Below are positions 47,732 to 57,651 of a DNA stretch of 64,000 nucleotides, piece by piece (within the stretch, counting starts at the first letter, position 1; the number at the start of each line of letters is the position of its first letter). The notes beneath the pieces are model-generated. The model was not told the origin of the DNA, did no database searches, and saw only the letters and a list, made by a program, of their open reading frames with translations. Origin of the DNA: Giardia intestinalis (taxonomy: Eukaryota); the NCBI GenBank assembly GCA_000002435.2, contig CM018793.1. One strand, given 5' to 3'. Made by a program: the position numbers and the translations under genes.

Positions 47732-48778
47732 ATGCACCCCCCTGGGTTGCTGGACGAGCCCTGTAATCTCACTGTGAATCATTTCACGAACCAGGCGCCA
47801 TGCACCCGTATGGGACAACAATATAAAACGCTTATTCTGACGCTTTCACACATCCCAAAGGACACCTACTCCAGTGAGCCCCTCAGTATCGAATTCATGA
47901 TGGGGCAAAGAGAGGTGGACTCTGTGACACAGGTAATTGAAAAAAGGATGGAAGCAGCAGCTAATCCGAGCTCAACAAGGCAGTATCCTAGCTATCATGT
48001 GTCTCAGAAGCAACGTTTCAGCGGCATGAAGCCGTGCATAGAGCAACTCAACAAGAACTTCATGTCTTCATACTACGCGGAACAGTGTGCCAGCATTCGT
48101 GCCCAGGACCATGGAGAGTTCCTGAAATATATGAGCAAACAGTTGAGCGGGAAACAAGACAAGGTACACCGGCGCATACGAAGGCTTCTGGAGATCGAGC
48201 GGGGTCAGACCCTCCTTGGGGAGTTCATTGAAGAAGCTTCCCGGTTCCCGTTCGTTGCCAACGAGGCTCTGATTGTCAATCTTAAGAGCATCCTCCAGCC
48301 GGATAGCTTTGCGTTTCCGCTTTTTCTACAAGTTAGTGAAGCTGTTCAGAGCAGAATGTGTGCACAGATTTTAGAGTTCATGCGCTCATTCTTCTTTCAG
48401 ACAATGGACCTGTCCTGGCTTCTTAATTTGGAGGACTCTATATTTGTTAAGGTAATTTTGTCAAAATTTAATAAGATTGCAGCAGAGATGATTGTGCTTT
48501 CTGTGCAGAAGTCTGCTCCCGAAGCGCTGATGATTCACGGTAGGCTAATGGAGGTCTTAAAATCCCTTTCTCCAGAGCAGTGTACAAGCTACCACACGCA
48601 AAGATTTCTCCTCCTCCTTCTTAGATCACTATCTGCCGAGTCGTCTGCCGAGGCGCGTAAATGCACTAAGGCAATTGCATCGTTTTGGCTTGATCAGCCC
48701 TACAGTACTCGCGCATCCCATCAATATCTTGAAAGCATAGACCTTGATGAGATCGTGAGGGGAGTATGCGATTCGTGA
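47732..48778 (+). CDS. Hypothetical protein (348 aa; alternative start at 47810)
   Basis: Uninterrupted ORF in a gene-dense region; no recognisable motif. Confidence 0.55.
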   Translation: MHPPGLLDEPCNLTVNHFTNQAPCTRMGQQYKTLILTLSHIPKDTYSSEPLSIEFMMGQREVDSVTQVIEKRMEAAANPSSTRQYPSYHVSQKQRFSGMKPCIEQLNKNFMSSYYAEQCASIRAQDHGEFLKYMSKQLSGKQDKVHRRIRRLLEIERGQTLLGEFIEEASRFPFVANEALIVNLKSILQPDSFAFPLFLQVSEAVQSRMCAQILEFMRSFFFQTMDLSWLLNLEDSIFVKVILSKFNKIAAEMIVLSVQKSAPEALMIHGRLMEVLKSLSPEQCTSYHTQRFLLLLLRSLSAESSAEARKCTKAIASFWLDQPYSTRASHQYLESIDLDEIVRGVCDS

Positions 48779-48872
48779 TGCTGGGGCCACCTGTGCATGT
48801 GTGGCAGCCAAGTAAAAGGTAATTTGACAAAAATTTGTGAAAAATTTACTAGAATAAAAACACAAAAAGTGG

Positions 48873-50255
48873 ATGCCGCCCAAGTTCCCGCGTCCCGACG
48901 ATCCTGTCCTCAGGAAGTACCTGGATACGAAAAATATAGACAATGTGATTTTCGACCTCTATAAGCAGGTCTGCAAAGACCGCCCCGACGACGTTCTAAG
49001 CTATTTGATCCACAAATTCGCATCGTACTCTCCTCTCGCCGCTGCCGTGCTGCAGAATCCAGATTCCTACATGGGCTCCAAAGCAAAGGTCACACGATTT
49101 GAGCAGCCGCTTCCTCCCCCAATGGAAGTTCCCAGCGATGAGACCCCAATCAAAAAAATCACTCCAAGCGTACCCTTCAAGCCTGTTGTTATGGAACCCA
49201 CCGGGAGCGCTAATTCAGCTAGTATAGAAAACTTCCAGTTAATAAACACCACCGACGGCCCTTCTGTTTCTTCCGCTGATCACAATTTTTCTATTGCCCC
49301 TGATTATAATCTGCATCTGGCCACCCCAAGCGAACAGGGCCGTGGTTCTCCTTCGAATCTAACAGCCCGTCAGAGGCGTGGGCGCCGCGCAGCCATTGCA
49401 GCTCCAGCAGAAAACCGCGAAATAGACCTGCCGGTTTTGGAGAAAACCCCCGAGGAGACTGCTCTTATTCTCAAGGCCTTGAATAGCAGCGCCCTGACAG
49501 AAACCTATAGCAGAGATGTTAAGCAGGCTCTTGCAAGCGTTCTGAAGCTCATAGATTGCCCCATGGGGACGGTGCTGATAAAGCAGGGAGACCCTGGAGA
49601 CTACTTCTACATCATGAAAACGGGGCACTGTAACATTTACAAGACCGAGAATGTTCCGCCGGAGACGGTCTCCGTCCCAGACAACACTCTAGACCCCGCT
49701 GAGTGCGTCCAGAAGCTTGGCCCACAAGTCAATGAGGTTCTGCCGGGGGTGGGCGTCGGAGACCTTGCGCTGCTCTATGGTGCACCTAGGGCTGCGACCG
49801 TCATCACGACTGTCGAATCCTCATTCTGGGCCATCCACGGCACAGACTTCAGGATTTTCATCCGCATGCAGCGCGAAGCTGAGATACAACGTTATATCGG
49901 ATTTCTCAGACACGTTGAGGTCCTGAAGCAGCTACGAGAGAACGAGCTATTCGCCTTAGCACAGGCCTGCACCCCAGAGTACTATATAGATGGTCAAGAC
50001 ATTGTCACCCAAGGAGATGAGGGCAACACGTTTTACTTCATTGAGGACGGCAGAGTTGACGTTATCGTTTCTGACCATAAAGTCGCAGAGTTGAGTTCTA
50101 ATAGTTACTTCGGTGAGGCTGCACTACTAAACAATGCACCCAGAAATGCGACCTGCCGCAGCGTGGGAGAAACAAAGGTTGCCGCCCTTGACCGCGAAAG
50201 CTTTGACAACCTTCTAGGTCCTCTCAAGTCCATTCTTGAGCGGCCTAAAGCGTGA
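48873..50255 (+). CDS. PKAr: cAMP-dependent protein kinase regulatory subunit (460 aa)
   Basis: N-terminal RIIa-type dimerisation/docking helix (DDVLSYLIHKF), pseudosubstrate RRGRRAAI, and two cNMP-binding domains (FGDLALLYGAPRAATV, FGEAALLNNAPRNATC). Confidence 0.9.
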   Translation: MPPKFPRPDDPVLRKYLDTKNIDNVIFDLYKQVCKDRPDDVLSYLIHKFASYSPLAAAVLQNPDSYMGSKAKVTRFEQPLPPPMEVPSDETPIKKITPSVPFKPVVMEPTGSANSASIENFQLINTTDGPSVSSADHNFSIAPDYNLHLATPSEQGRGSPSNLTARQRRGRRAAIAAPAENREIDLPVLEKTPEETALILKALNSSALTETYSRDVKQALASVLKLIDCPMGTVLIKQGDPGDYFYIMKTGHCNIYKTENVPPETVSVPDNTLDPAECVQKLGPQVNEVLPGVGVGDLALLYGAPRAATVITTVESSFWAIHGTDFRIFIRMQREAEIQRYIGFLRHVEVLKQLRENELFALAQACTPEYYIDGQDIVTQGDEGNTFYFIEDGRVDVIVSDHKVAELSSNSYFGEAALLNNAPRNATCRSVGETKVAALDRESFDNLLGPLKSILERPKA

Positions 50256-50309
50256 TGTCTGCAAACTTTTATAAATGGCTAATTTTATTTTTGGAGAGGA
50301 CCGGCAAAC

Positions 50310-51422
50310 ATGAGCGATGACGAGACAGCGTTCCCCCCAGAGTTTGAGCTCCAGCTGGGGAAGGCCCTTGACATTCCCGGAGAAAAGGGGGAGGAGGGGA
50401 TTCAGGTGGTGCCCGAGAAGGTCATAGGGAAGGGAAGCTTTGGGGTTGTTTACTTAGTAAAGTCATTGAAGGGAAACACTCCTCTCGCCCTTAAGCTAGT
50501 CTTACAAGATAGGCGGTATAAGAACAGGGAATTCCAAATTATGAGGACCCTTGTTCATCCGTGCATTTGCAGATTAGTGAAAGGCACCTTTATACCGTCC
50601 ATTTCGTCGCCCGATGATCTAATTCTTTACCTTCTCATGGACTATTACCCCGAAACTATTCATTCTATCTACCGTCAATACTCGCGACTCCGCCAACACG
50701 TTCCCCTTCTCATAGTTCGGCTCATTACATATCAGTTGGCACGCTCTCTCGCATACCTCCACTACCACAACATCGCACACAGAGACTGCAAACCAACGAA
50801 TGTTCTCATTGATCCCTTGACGTACAGGTGTGTCCTGTGCGACTTCGGCTCCGCCAAGCAGCTGGTGCCCCAAGAAAACAACGTAGCGTACATATGCAGT
50901 CGCTTCTATCGGGCTCCCGAGCTGGTTATTGGCAACCAGAACTATACCTGCGCGATCGACATCTGGTCCTTCGGCTGCATCATGGCAGAAATTCTCCTCG
51001 GCCAGCCCCTTTTCCCTGGTGACTCTTCCATAGACCAGCTAGTAGAAATAGTACGCGTCCTTGGCAGCCCAACAGCCGAAGAGTTCTTAGCTATGAACCC
51101 CACATTGAAGAGCGTGAAGTTCAAGGACGTCAAGCGATATCCCTTCTCCAAGATCTTTAGAAGCAAGGCCCATACAGACGCGGTTGATTTACTAACGAAG
51201 GTTCTAGTCTACGATCCAAAGAAGCGCCCCACGGCAATGGAAATCCTCGCGCATCCTTTCTACGACATCTTGCGCGATCCAGACACGCTGCTTCCCAATG
51301 GTGAGCGGCTTCCAGCATTCCTCTTCGAGTTCACAGAGGAGGAAAGGAAGGCAGCGGGCCCTGAGCTTATGGCCGTTCTAACAAAGAACAGAGAACAGTT
51401 CAACATCTTGTCAAGCCACTGA
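50310..51422 (+). CDS. GSK3: Glycogen synthase kinase 3 (GSK3) homologue (370 aa)
   Basis: Near-collinear match to GSK3 hallmarks: KVIGKGSFGVVY, LQDRRYKNREFQIM, HRDCKPTNVLID, LCDFGSAKQL, YICSRFYRAPEL, SIDQLVEIVRVLGSPT. Confidence 0.9.
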   Translation: MSDDETAFPPEFELQLGKALDIPGEKGEEGIQVVPEKVIGKGSFGVVYLVKSLKGNTPLALKLVLQDRRYKNREFQIMRTLVHPCICRLVKGTFIPSISSPDDLILYLLMDYYPETIHSIYRQYSRLRQHVPLLIVRLITYQLARSLAYLHYHNIAHRDCKPTNVLIDPLTYRCVLCDFGSAKQLVPQENNVAYICSRFYRAPELVIGNQNYTCAIDIWSFGCIMAEILLGQPLFPGDSSIDQLVEIVRVLGSPTAEEFLAMNPTLKSVKFKDVKRYPFSKIFRSKAHTDAVDLLTKVLVYDPKKRPTAMEILAHPFYDILRDPDTLLPNGERLPAFLFEFTEEERKAAGPELMAVLTKNREQFNILSSH

Positions 51423-51767
51423 GTACAGCTGCAGAAGTGTGTAGAAACCTAGATACAAGCAACATAAAAAGACCAACCATCCTGTAAGCGTCAACCGGGT
51501 GTTAGTAAATCGCCTCTAAGGGCCCCTGCTCCTGCTTCTACCTCTACTTCTCCGCCGCCTTGGCGTCTGTTGGGCACGGCGTTCGGGGCACAGACGGAGA
51601 TCTGAAGTTCACTGGAACTGTCCCTATGTCCTGCTGGGGTGTGTGGGGGGCATCTGATGACTGCTTCACGCGATCAATAGGATTTACCATTTTTGATTTT
51701 CAAATCCGGATCCAGGGTGGAATCGGTGCAAAACTCAGAGACAGACATCAATTTACTGCGAAATCAA

Positions 51768-53522
51768 TCACTTTTTCGCAAAGGAATAGGTAAACGCCCT
51801 ACCCTCCCACTTCTTAGAGCACGCAATCCTACCTGCCAAAGAGGGATATGCCCCGGGAGTGTCACAGTTAGTGACTATGTCTTCAAAGACGGCATCTGCC
51901 ATCCAAGCGGTGATGTCCTCGTGCTCTTCGTCGGCGTATGGCCCTGCAACTTCCGCTTTGGTAGTTACCCCCAGAGATTTGAGGAGTTCCGGAGCTGTCC
52001 CCTTACATGTCTTCAGCTCACTGCAACTCTTCGCAAGGCAATACTCTATATCCTTGCTGAGCTTGTTACAGACAAGGCACGCAAGCTTCCCGTCCTGGAC
52101 ACCTGGTTGGTCGAAGGCATTGATGTTCCAAAACGCGCTGAGGATCGTGACAACCCTCTCCTCGAAGGCGATCAGTTGACCAATGCAACGCTCACAGAAG
52201 CCATCTATCGTAATACAAACAAATGCACGCTCGTTTTGGTAGAGGGCCATTTCAGTTCCCTTGACGAAGGCCAAGAGCTGCCTCCCCATCGACCCTGCAG
52301 CCTCATCAGGATAGTCTGCGGCACGCTTGCGGCAGCGGATCATTTGCACAGCTGCATCCGAGCACCCCTTCTGAATTTGCTGCATGAAGGCATGTTGCTC
52401 ACCAGTGCCCGTGCCCCCGAGAATAGTGAGTCCTGTCTTCAGTGGCAGAGCCTCCCTAGTGTAGTTCTTCCCGAGGGATTCCATGAAGAGCTGTTGGCAG
52501 TAGTGACTGAGGTGCTTGAGAGGGTCTGAATAGGCCAAGAGGATGAGATTGAATGGGGTAGACTTGTCCTTCAGCATCCAATCCAACAGCGTTGCATAGG
52601 CAATTGCCGGATTATGCATGGGGTTCTCCCGGTGGGAACGCGTGAGCTTGTCCATTTCCGACATTCCAATCAGAAAGCTTTCGAAGTCCACGCCGGCGAA
52701 TGCAGCGGGAACCATCCCCACCGCACTGCACACAGACGTCCTTCCCCCAGTGGCTTCGTTCATGTGGAAGGTTTCGCGGAACTGCTGTTCGTTTGCCTGC
52801 TTGTCGAGTTTCGAACCCTCAGTGGTGACTGCGACGAAGCTATGGCCGGGCTTTGGGACTCGCAAGTCCTTCAGCAGGGTTAGGTATGTTGCACAGTTGG
52901 TGGCTGTCTCCGCAGTTCCACCGCTCTTCGAGATTACAACCATAAGCGTGCGCTCAAGCTTTTTGGCTGCCTTGGCGGCATCAACCACCCTCGTGCCCTG
53001 CGAAAGAATGGCTCCCTCCGTAACAAGTTCGATAACCTGTGCGAAGCTTGCAGGATCGGTGTTGGCGACAAAGTGCGCTGTCGGCATCCCCCTTGCTCGG
53101 AGAGCCATGTTGAAGTCGTCACCGTACTTTGCCGTAAGCAGGAGGTAGGGGCCAAGGTAAGAGCCGCCGATGCCGTTGTAGATGACATGGTCGTAGTCCT
53201 TGGCGTCAATGCACTTCTTAGCAAAAGCCTTCACGGTGTTCCAGAGAGCAATCGACTTCGCGAGAGAACGGCCTTTTACCTCGCATTCCATCCTAAGATT
53301 GTAGTGATCCACGGGCCTGTCTTCCGACTCCGTTGGGTGCTTAGTAACATTAACATTTTCAAGCTTCTCAATCCTATCCATGAGATCGAAGGCTGCAGCG
53401 TGAGCTTGCTTGTAAAGCGTTCCCTGCGCTCGCGCATTAAACCCGCGGAACCCGCCAAACTCCAACGCAAAGGAGGTGCGATCGTCGTAGAGTTTGTAGC
53501 CGCGGAAGTGCCTTTCCTGCAT
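51768..53522 (-). CDS. GPI: Glucose-6-phosphate isomerase (bacterial/cyanobacterial type) with a Cys-containing C-terminal extension (584 aa)
   Basis: NGIGGSYLGP, ISKSGGTAET, and the PGI signatures TGGRTSVCSAVG and NAFDQPGVQDGK. About 60 extra residues follow the conserved C-terminus. Confidence 0.9.
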   Translation of the reverse strand: MQERHFRGYKLYDDRTSFALEFGGFRGFNARAQGTLYKQAHAAAFDLMDRIEKLENVNVTKHPTESEDRPVDHYNLRMECEVKGRSLAKSIALWNTVKAFAKKCIDAKDYDHVIYNGIGGSYLGPYLLLTAKYGDDFNMALRARGMPTAHFVANTDPASFAQVIELVTEGAILSQGTRVVDAAKAAKKLERTLMVVISKSGGTAETATNCATYLTLLKDLRVPKPGHSFVAVTTEGSKLDKQANEQQFRETFHMNEATGGRTSVCSAVGMVPAAFAGVDFESFLIGMSEMDKLTRSHRENPMHNPAIAYATLLDWMLKDKSTPFNLILLAYSDPLKHLSHYCQQLFMESLGKNYTREALPLKTGLTILGGTGTGEQHAFMQQIQKGCSDAAVQMIRCRKRAADYPDEAAGSMGRQLLAFVKGTEMALYQNERAFVCITIDGFCERCIGQLIAFEERVVTILSAFWNINAFDQPGVQDGKLACLVCNKLSKDIEYCLAKSCSELKTCKGTAPELLKSLGVTTKAEVAGPYADEEHEDITAWMADAVFEDIVTNCDTPGAYPSLAGRIACSKKWEGRAFTYSFAKK

Positions 53523-53802
53523 CCTAGAAGATTTAAATTTAGGAAGGCCCTGTAATGTAAAGGTCTACTGGTTCAAAATTATATACTGTTTATCTGATTA
53601 ACATCTCAGTAGCTTAGGATGGGTTCTCCCCAGCAGTTATCAGCAGCTAATCCGTGAAATCCGGAAAATCCCAGACTAGTGGTTCTATGGAATTTCCGAA
53701 ATTTGACTTCGTGGCTTAAATTATATTGCAATTATACTTAAATTTACAATTTTTGGGAGGCAAAATAAATTATGCGCAGAAAATTTCATCTCTTCCCAGT
53801 GC

Positions 53803-56800
53803 TTGATGGAGCTGCGCAGTGTTGAGGAGTGGTTCAAAGCCATCGATGACAAGGATATGGAGCGCATAATGTACAATATGAGCAACTTTCACCGCGTGAC
53901 AAACAACGAGGGAAATACGGCCTTGATTCTGGCCGCGGGCCGCAATGAGCCAGAGATAGTCTCTCTCCTTGCGCAGCTAGAGTACGGCATGCGCAATAAA
54001 CACGGATATACGGCGCTTATGGCTGCGGCTATGTACGATTCCGACGAATGTTGCAGAATTTTGCTTCCACTCGAGCAGGATCTTCGACTGCGCGACGGAG
54101 GAACGGCGATTATGGTTGCTGCAGCTGTCGGCTCTGTCAATGCCTTCAATGTTCTGTTCCCTGCCATGGGGGATTCCATCGACACAGCTGGGCGTGGAGT
54201 TCTTTCGGTGGCTGCCAGTGCCGGCCAATTAGAAATCGTAAAGCAAATATTACCGCCGAATGGAAATTACCGCACACAGAAATTGCCCCACGATATGCGG
54301 GCTGCGATTCAGGTAGCCACTGCGAACAGACATGACGATGTTTCTAGCTATCTCCACCAAATTCTGACGGACAATGGTACACTGGACTCGACTGTCAATC
54401 CACTGACTTCGAGGATGAAGAGCTTGCGCGAGCTGTCGCACTCTAATCCTGGTTTGGCTACAATGGGATACACGATGCCCTCGGTAACAGGCACCTACAA
54501 CCCCAACGATCTCTCTCTAAGCACCCGTGGCTTCCAAGACACTGTTCAGTGCGAGCACGATCCCGATGAAATATGTAGTCACTGTCTCAAGAAGTACAAT
54601 AACTTAAAGAGCGCCACGCCCAAGCCGAACATTACCGCACAAGAGGATGTTGCGAATGCGCTCACGACACCTACCCGATCCTTATCACAGACAAGATCGG
54701 GTTCGCGTGCCCTGTCAGCTCGTTCATCGTCACCCCACAGCATCCTTGGTACCACGCGATCCGGGATTGGTGGGGGAAACTATTCTAACTACGACAATTA
54801 CCTGCATAACACTAAATCACAGCTATTCCAGGACCATGTGGCGAGCATGCGCGCTGCCAGCATACGGGCATCTAGTGTAGAGCGCACCAGCCGTGCATCT
54901 AAGGTTGACACTCCCTCTAGAATCGCCCAGGGAGAGGCCTCTAGACGCTCCCAGGTCAATAGATACCCAAAATCTGCAAAAGCAGCCAAAATGCCCTTTA
55001 ATTCAGACTTTATTGCCGCGCTCCAAGACAACCGGATTCCAGATATACAAAACGAGAGCCCATATAATCCCGTAAAGTCCAAGTCACGATCGAGCTCTAA
55101 CTATTCTGCCCATGGAACAAGGAGTATGGGATCCACCACGGCCTCTTCCCTCTCCACGGGCCCTGTTGGGATTACCACAGATGTTGGAAAGGACTCCTTC
55201 CCCCATGTCAAGAGCACTTATATAGACGACCTACCAGGGAAGAAGTCCTATAAGCATGTCGCCAGCAAGGTTGACAGCGGTATTGGGAACAACATGATGC
55301 CGTACGACCTGCGCAACGCTAGCTCCTACCGTACGGGCACAAAATCAGATTTATCCCCTTCGGTTGATACTACAACAACACACCTTAGTCCTGAAACATG
55401 CGACGACGAGCCTCCCCACGACGGCAACAGTTTGGAATCTAATGGCTACGCTCACTCAACATTGTTATCATCTACCATAGATCCAGAGAAAAGTGCTATC
55501 CCTGCAACGAAGTCTGTGACTAGCTCCTCAACGAAATCGTCTGTTTACCGTGACCGAACAACATCTCGTAGCCGTAGCAGGTCACCTACCTCTCCATCCC
55601 TGACTAGGGCGTTAGCAGAGAGCACAGCCACAAGCAGCATTCGAGCTTCAAATGTACAGTCTAGAGTGTCTCGAACAAAGAACCAGAGCCTCTCTGCCTC
55701 ATTTTCAGCCACTAACCTGACAAATTGGCAGCAAGACCAGTTAACGAAATCTACAATTGAAGCAAGCATCCGGCAGCGGCAAGCTAACAAGTCTCCATAC
55801 ACTCCACGCAGCCTACGTGACGTCAAGTCCACCGGGTACACCAAGTCCCCCACCCAGGGGGTCACCCCTCCTCAATTCTATGTTCGACCCGTTAATCGCT
55901 TCGAGAGTGACAAAACGCTAGTTACTATAGAGCAACCGTACAAGGACGTCGTTGAGGACTCTTCTGCCACCGATAAGGACCAGCAGCTGAATAGACTCTC
56001 GAGACCTCGATCGGTCACGAAGCTCGTTCGCCGCCCCCTACATATGCTGAAACAGGAAAGCAATCTTATGGATGATCTACGTAAGACACTTGTCAAGACG
56101 CTTCACGATCGATCGCTTGAGGCTAAGAAGTCGCATGTACACTCAACGACAGGGCCGAAGATCCCTGGCGAGGCTCTTTATGACACACTCAACCGTGACC
56201 CATCTATGTATGCAACCGATGTACTCTCCGAAGAGAGGCAGTATCTAGATATCCCCTACACTTATGAGGAAGGCCGGCGTCTACTTGCCCAGTATCCGGA
56301 GAACCCTGCATACTGCCAGGACGAAATTCTAGATCACAAGGAGCCGGACCTAACCATTTCAGACACATCTACTGATCTGATGCGCAAGTTGTGTGCAGGA
56401 GAATGGTCTTCCCAAGAACAGCAGGACCAGACGCCCACTGGAAAAGCGAAACGCAAGAAAGGGGCAGATATGGGGACATCAAAGAGGATTTCAGATCTGT
56501 CTGAGGCAGGGCGCCAAGCCAACGATGGATCTACGGCCCTAATGTTTGCAGCCAAGTATAACAATGTGGATGCTGTAGGAAAGTTACTAGATTCAGAGGG
56601 AGGGCTAACTATGCGATCTGGACACACCGCGCTCATGATTGCGTGCATATACGGCGGTCTCGATGCTGCATTAATGCTAGCAGAAAAGGAGCGTTGCATC
56701 CAAACGCGCGATAAGTGGACTGCTCTGATGTTGTGCGCGAAGTACAACAGATACGAGGTGGCTACTGAGCTCGTCCCTCACGAATGTAGGTTGCAAAACA

Positions 56801-57561
56801 ACATGGGAAACACAGCGCTCATCCTTGCAGCATACACTGGCTCACTTCCGTTTGCAACACTCCTTAGTAGTTATGAAAAAGGCATCAAGAACAAGGTCGG
56901 ACGAACTGCCCTGATGACTGCGGTTAACTTTAACCACATGGAGATTGTCAATCTGCTCATTGATGCAGAAGCTGGAGCACAGGATAACGAGGGGACCTCC
57001 GCGCTTATGATAGCCGCACAGCAGAATAAGGTAGATATCGTTCATCTATTGGCGCCCAGAGAAGCTAAGTTAAGGGGAAGCATGCAGCGAACAGCAATGA
57101 TGATAGCTACTAGGTCAGCTTGTAGCCGGATTGTTTCAGAGCTTTCTGACCTAGAGAGCGGACTCCAAGACTCTGATGGATGGACAGCTTTAATAATTGC
57201 GGCGCTCATGAATAATATCTCTATAGTTGAGATTCTCCGCGAGAAGGAATCAGGGCTACACACCAACAAGGGCTGGACGGCTCTTATGCTCGCCAGCAGG
57301 TGCGGGTACATTGAAGTTGTGAATCTCTTGGTCCACAAGGAGGCCGGTATCCAGATGGAGAACGGGTGGTGTGCTATCATGAGTGCTGCAATCAACGGAC
57401 ATACAGATATAGTCAAGCTACTGTTCCCCTACGAGGGCCACTTAAAGGATAATAAAGGAAACACTCCTATGTCTATTGCCTTCAAACGCGGCTATACTGA
57501 GCTCTACAATGTGCTCAACGAACTTAGTTTGAAAAAAGATGCCCCGTGGAGGCCTATTTAA
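53803..57561 (+). CDS. Large ankyrin-repeat protein, Protein 21.1 family (1252 aa)
   Basis: N-terminal ankyrin block, about 600 aa of S/T-rich low complexity, and a C-terminal block of at least 13 TALM ankyrin repeats. Confidence 0.85.
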   Translation: MMELRSVEEWFKAIDDKDMERIMYNMSNFHRVTNNEGNTALILAAGRNEPEIVSLLAQLEYGMRNKHGYTALMAAAMYDSDECCRILLPLEQDLRLRDGGTAIMVAAAVGSVNAFNVLFPAMGDSIDTAGRGVLSVAASAGQLEIVKQILPPNGNYRTQKLPHDMRAAIQVATANRHDDVSSYLHQILTDNGTLDSTVNPLTSRMKSLRELSHSNPGLATMGYTMPSVTGTYNPNDLSLSTRGFQDTVQCEHDPDEICSHCLKKYNNLKSATPKPNITAQEDVANALTTPTRSLSQTRSGSRALSARSSSPHSILGTTRSGIGGGNYSNYDNYLHNTKSQLFQDHVASMRAASIRASSVERTSRASKVDTPSRIAQGEASRRSQVNRYPKSAKAAKMPFNSDFIAALQDNRIPDIQNESPYNPVKSKSRSSSNYSAHGTRSMGSTTASSLSTGPVGITTDVGKDSFPHVKSTYIDDLPGKKSYKHVASKVDSGIGNNMMPYDLRNASSYRTGTKSDLSPSVDTTTTHLSPETCDDEPPHDGNSLESNGYAHSTLLSSTIDPEKSAIPATKSVTSSSTKSSVYRDRTTSRSRSRSPTSPSLTRALAESTATSSIRASNVQSRVSRTKNQSLSASFSATNLTNWQQDQLTKSTIEASIRQRQANKSPYTPRSLRDVKSTGYTKSPTQGVTPPQFYVRPVNRFESDKTLVTIEQPYKDVVEDSSATDKDQQLNRLSRPRSVTKLVRRPLHMLKQESNLMDDLRKTLVKTLHDRSLEAKKSHVHSTTGPKIPGEALYDTLNRDPSMYATDVLSEERQYLDIPYTYEEGRRLLAQYPENPAYCQDEILDHKEPDLTISDTSTDLMRKLCAGEWSSQEQQDQTPTGKAKRKKGADMGTSKRISDLSEAGRQANDGSTALMFAAKYNNVDAVGKLLDSEGGLTMRSGHTALMIACIYGGLDAALMLAEKERCIQTRDKWTALMLCAKYNRYEVATELVPHECRLQNNMGNTALILAAYTGSLPFATLLSSYEKGIKNKVGRTALMTAVNFNHMEIVNLLIDAEAGAQDNEGTSALMIAAQQNKVDIVHLLAPREAKLRGSMQRTAMMIATRSACSRIVSELSDLESGLQDSDGWTALIIAALMNNISIVEILREKESGLHTNKGWTALMLASRCGYIEVVNLLVHKEAGIQMENGWCAIMSAAINGHTDIVKLLFPYEGHLKDNKGNTPMSIAFKRGYTELYNVLNELSLKKDAPWRPI

Positions 57562-57567
57562 GCTTTT

Positions 57568-57574
57568 AGTGAAT
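57568..57574 (+). promoter_or_regulatory. Putative poly(A) signal AGTGAAT 7 nt after the stop
   Basis: Matches the AGTRAAY consensus. Confidence 0.4.
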
Positions 57575-57651
57575 GAAGTGATGTAACTGTTTCAAGATGA
57601 AAAGTCTTTGTTATTCAGCCATTCCAAAAATAGTTACACCAACCCGTATAG

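Noticed and set aside
1751-57561. Spliceosomal introns in the large genes
   Set aside because: - All homologous domains are collinear within single ORFs.
- Giardia has only a handful of introns.
- No GT...AG interruption is needed anywhere to explain the alignments.
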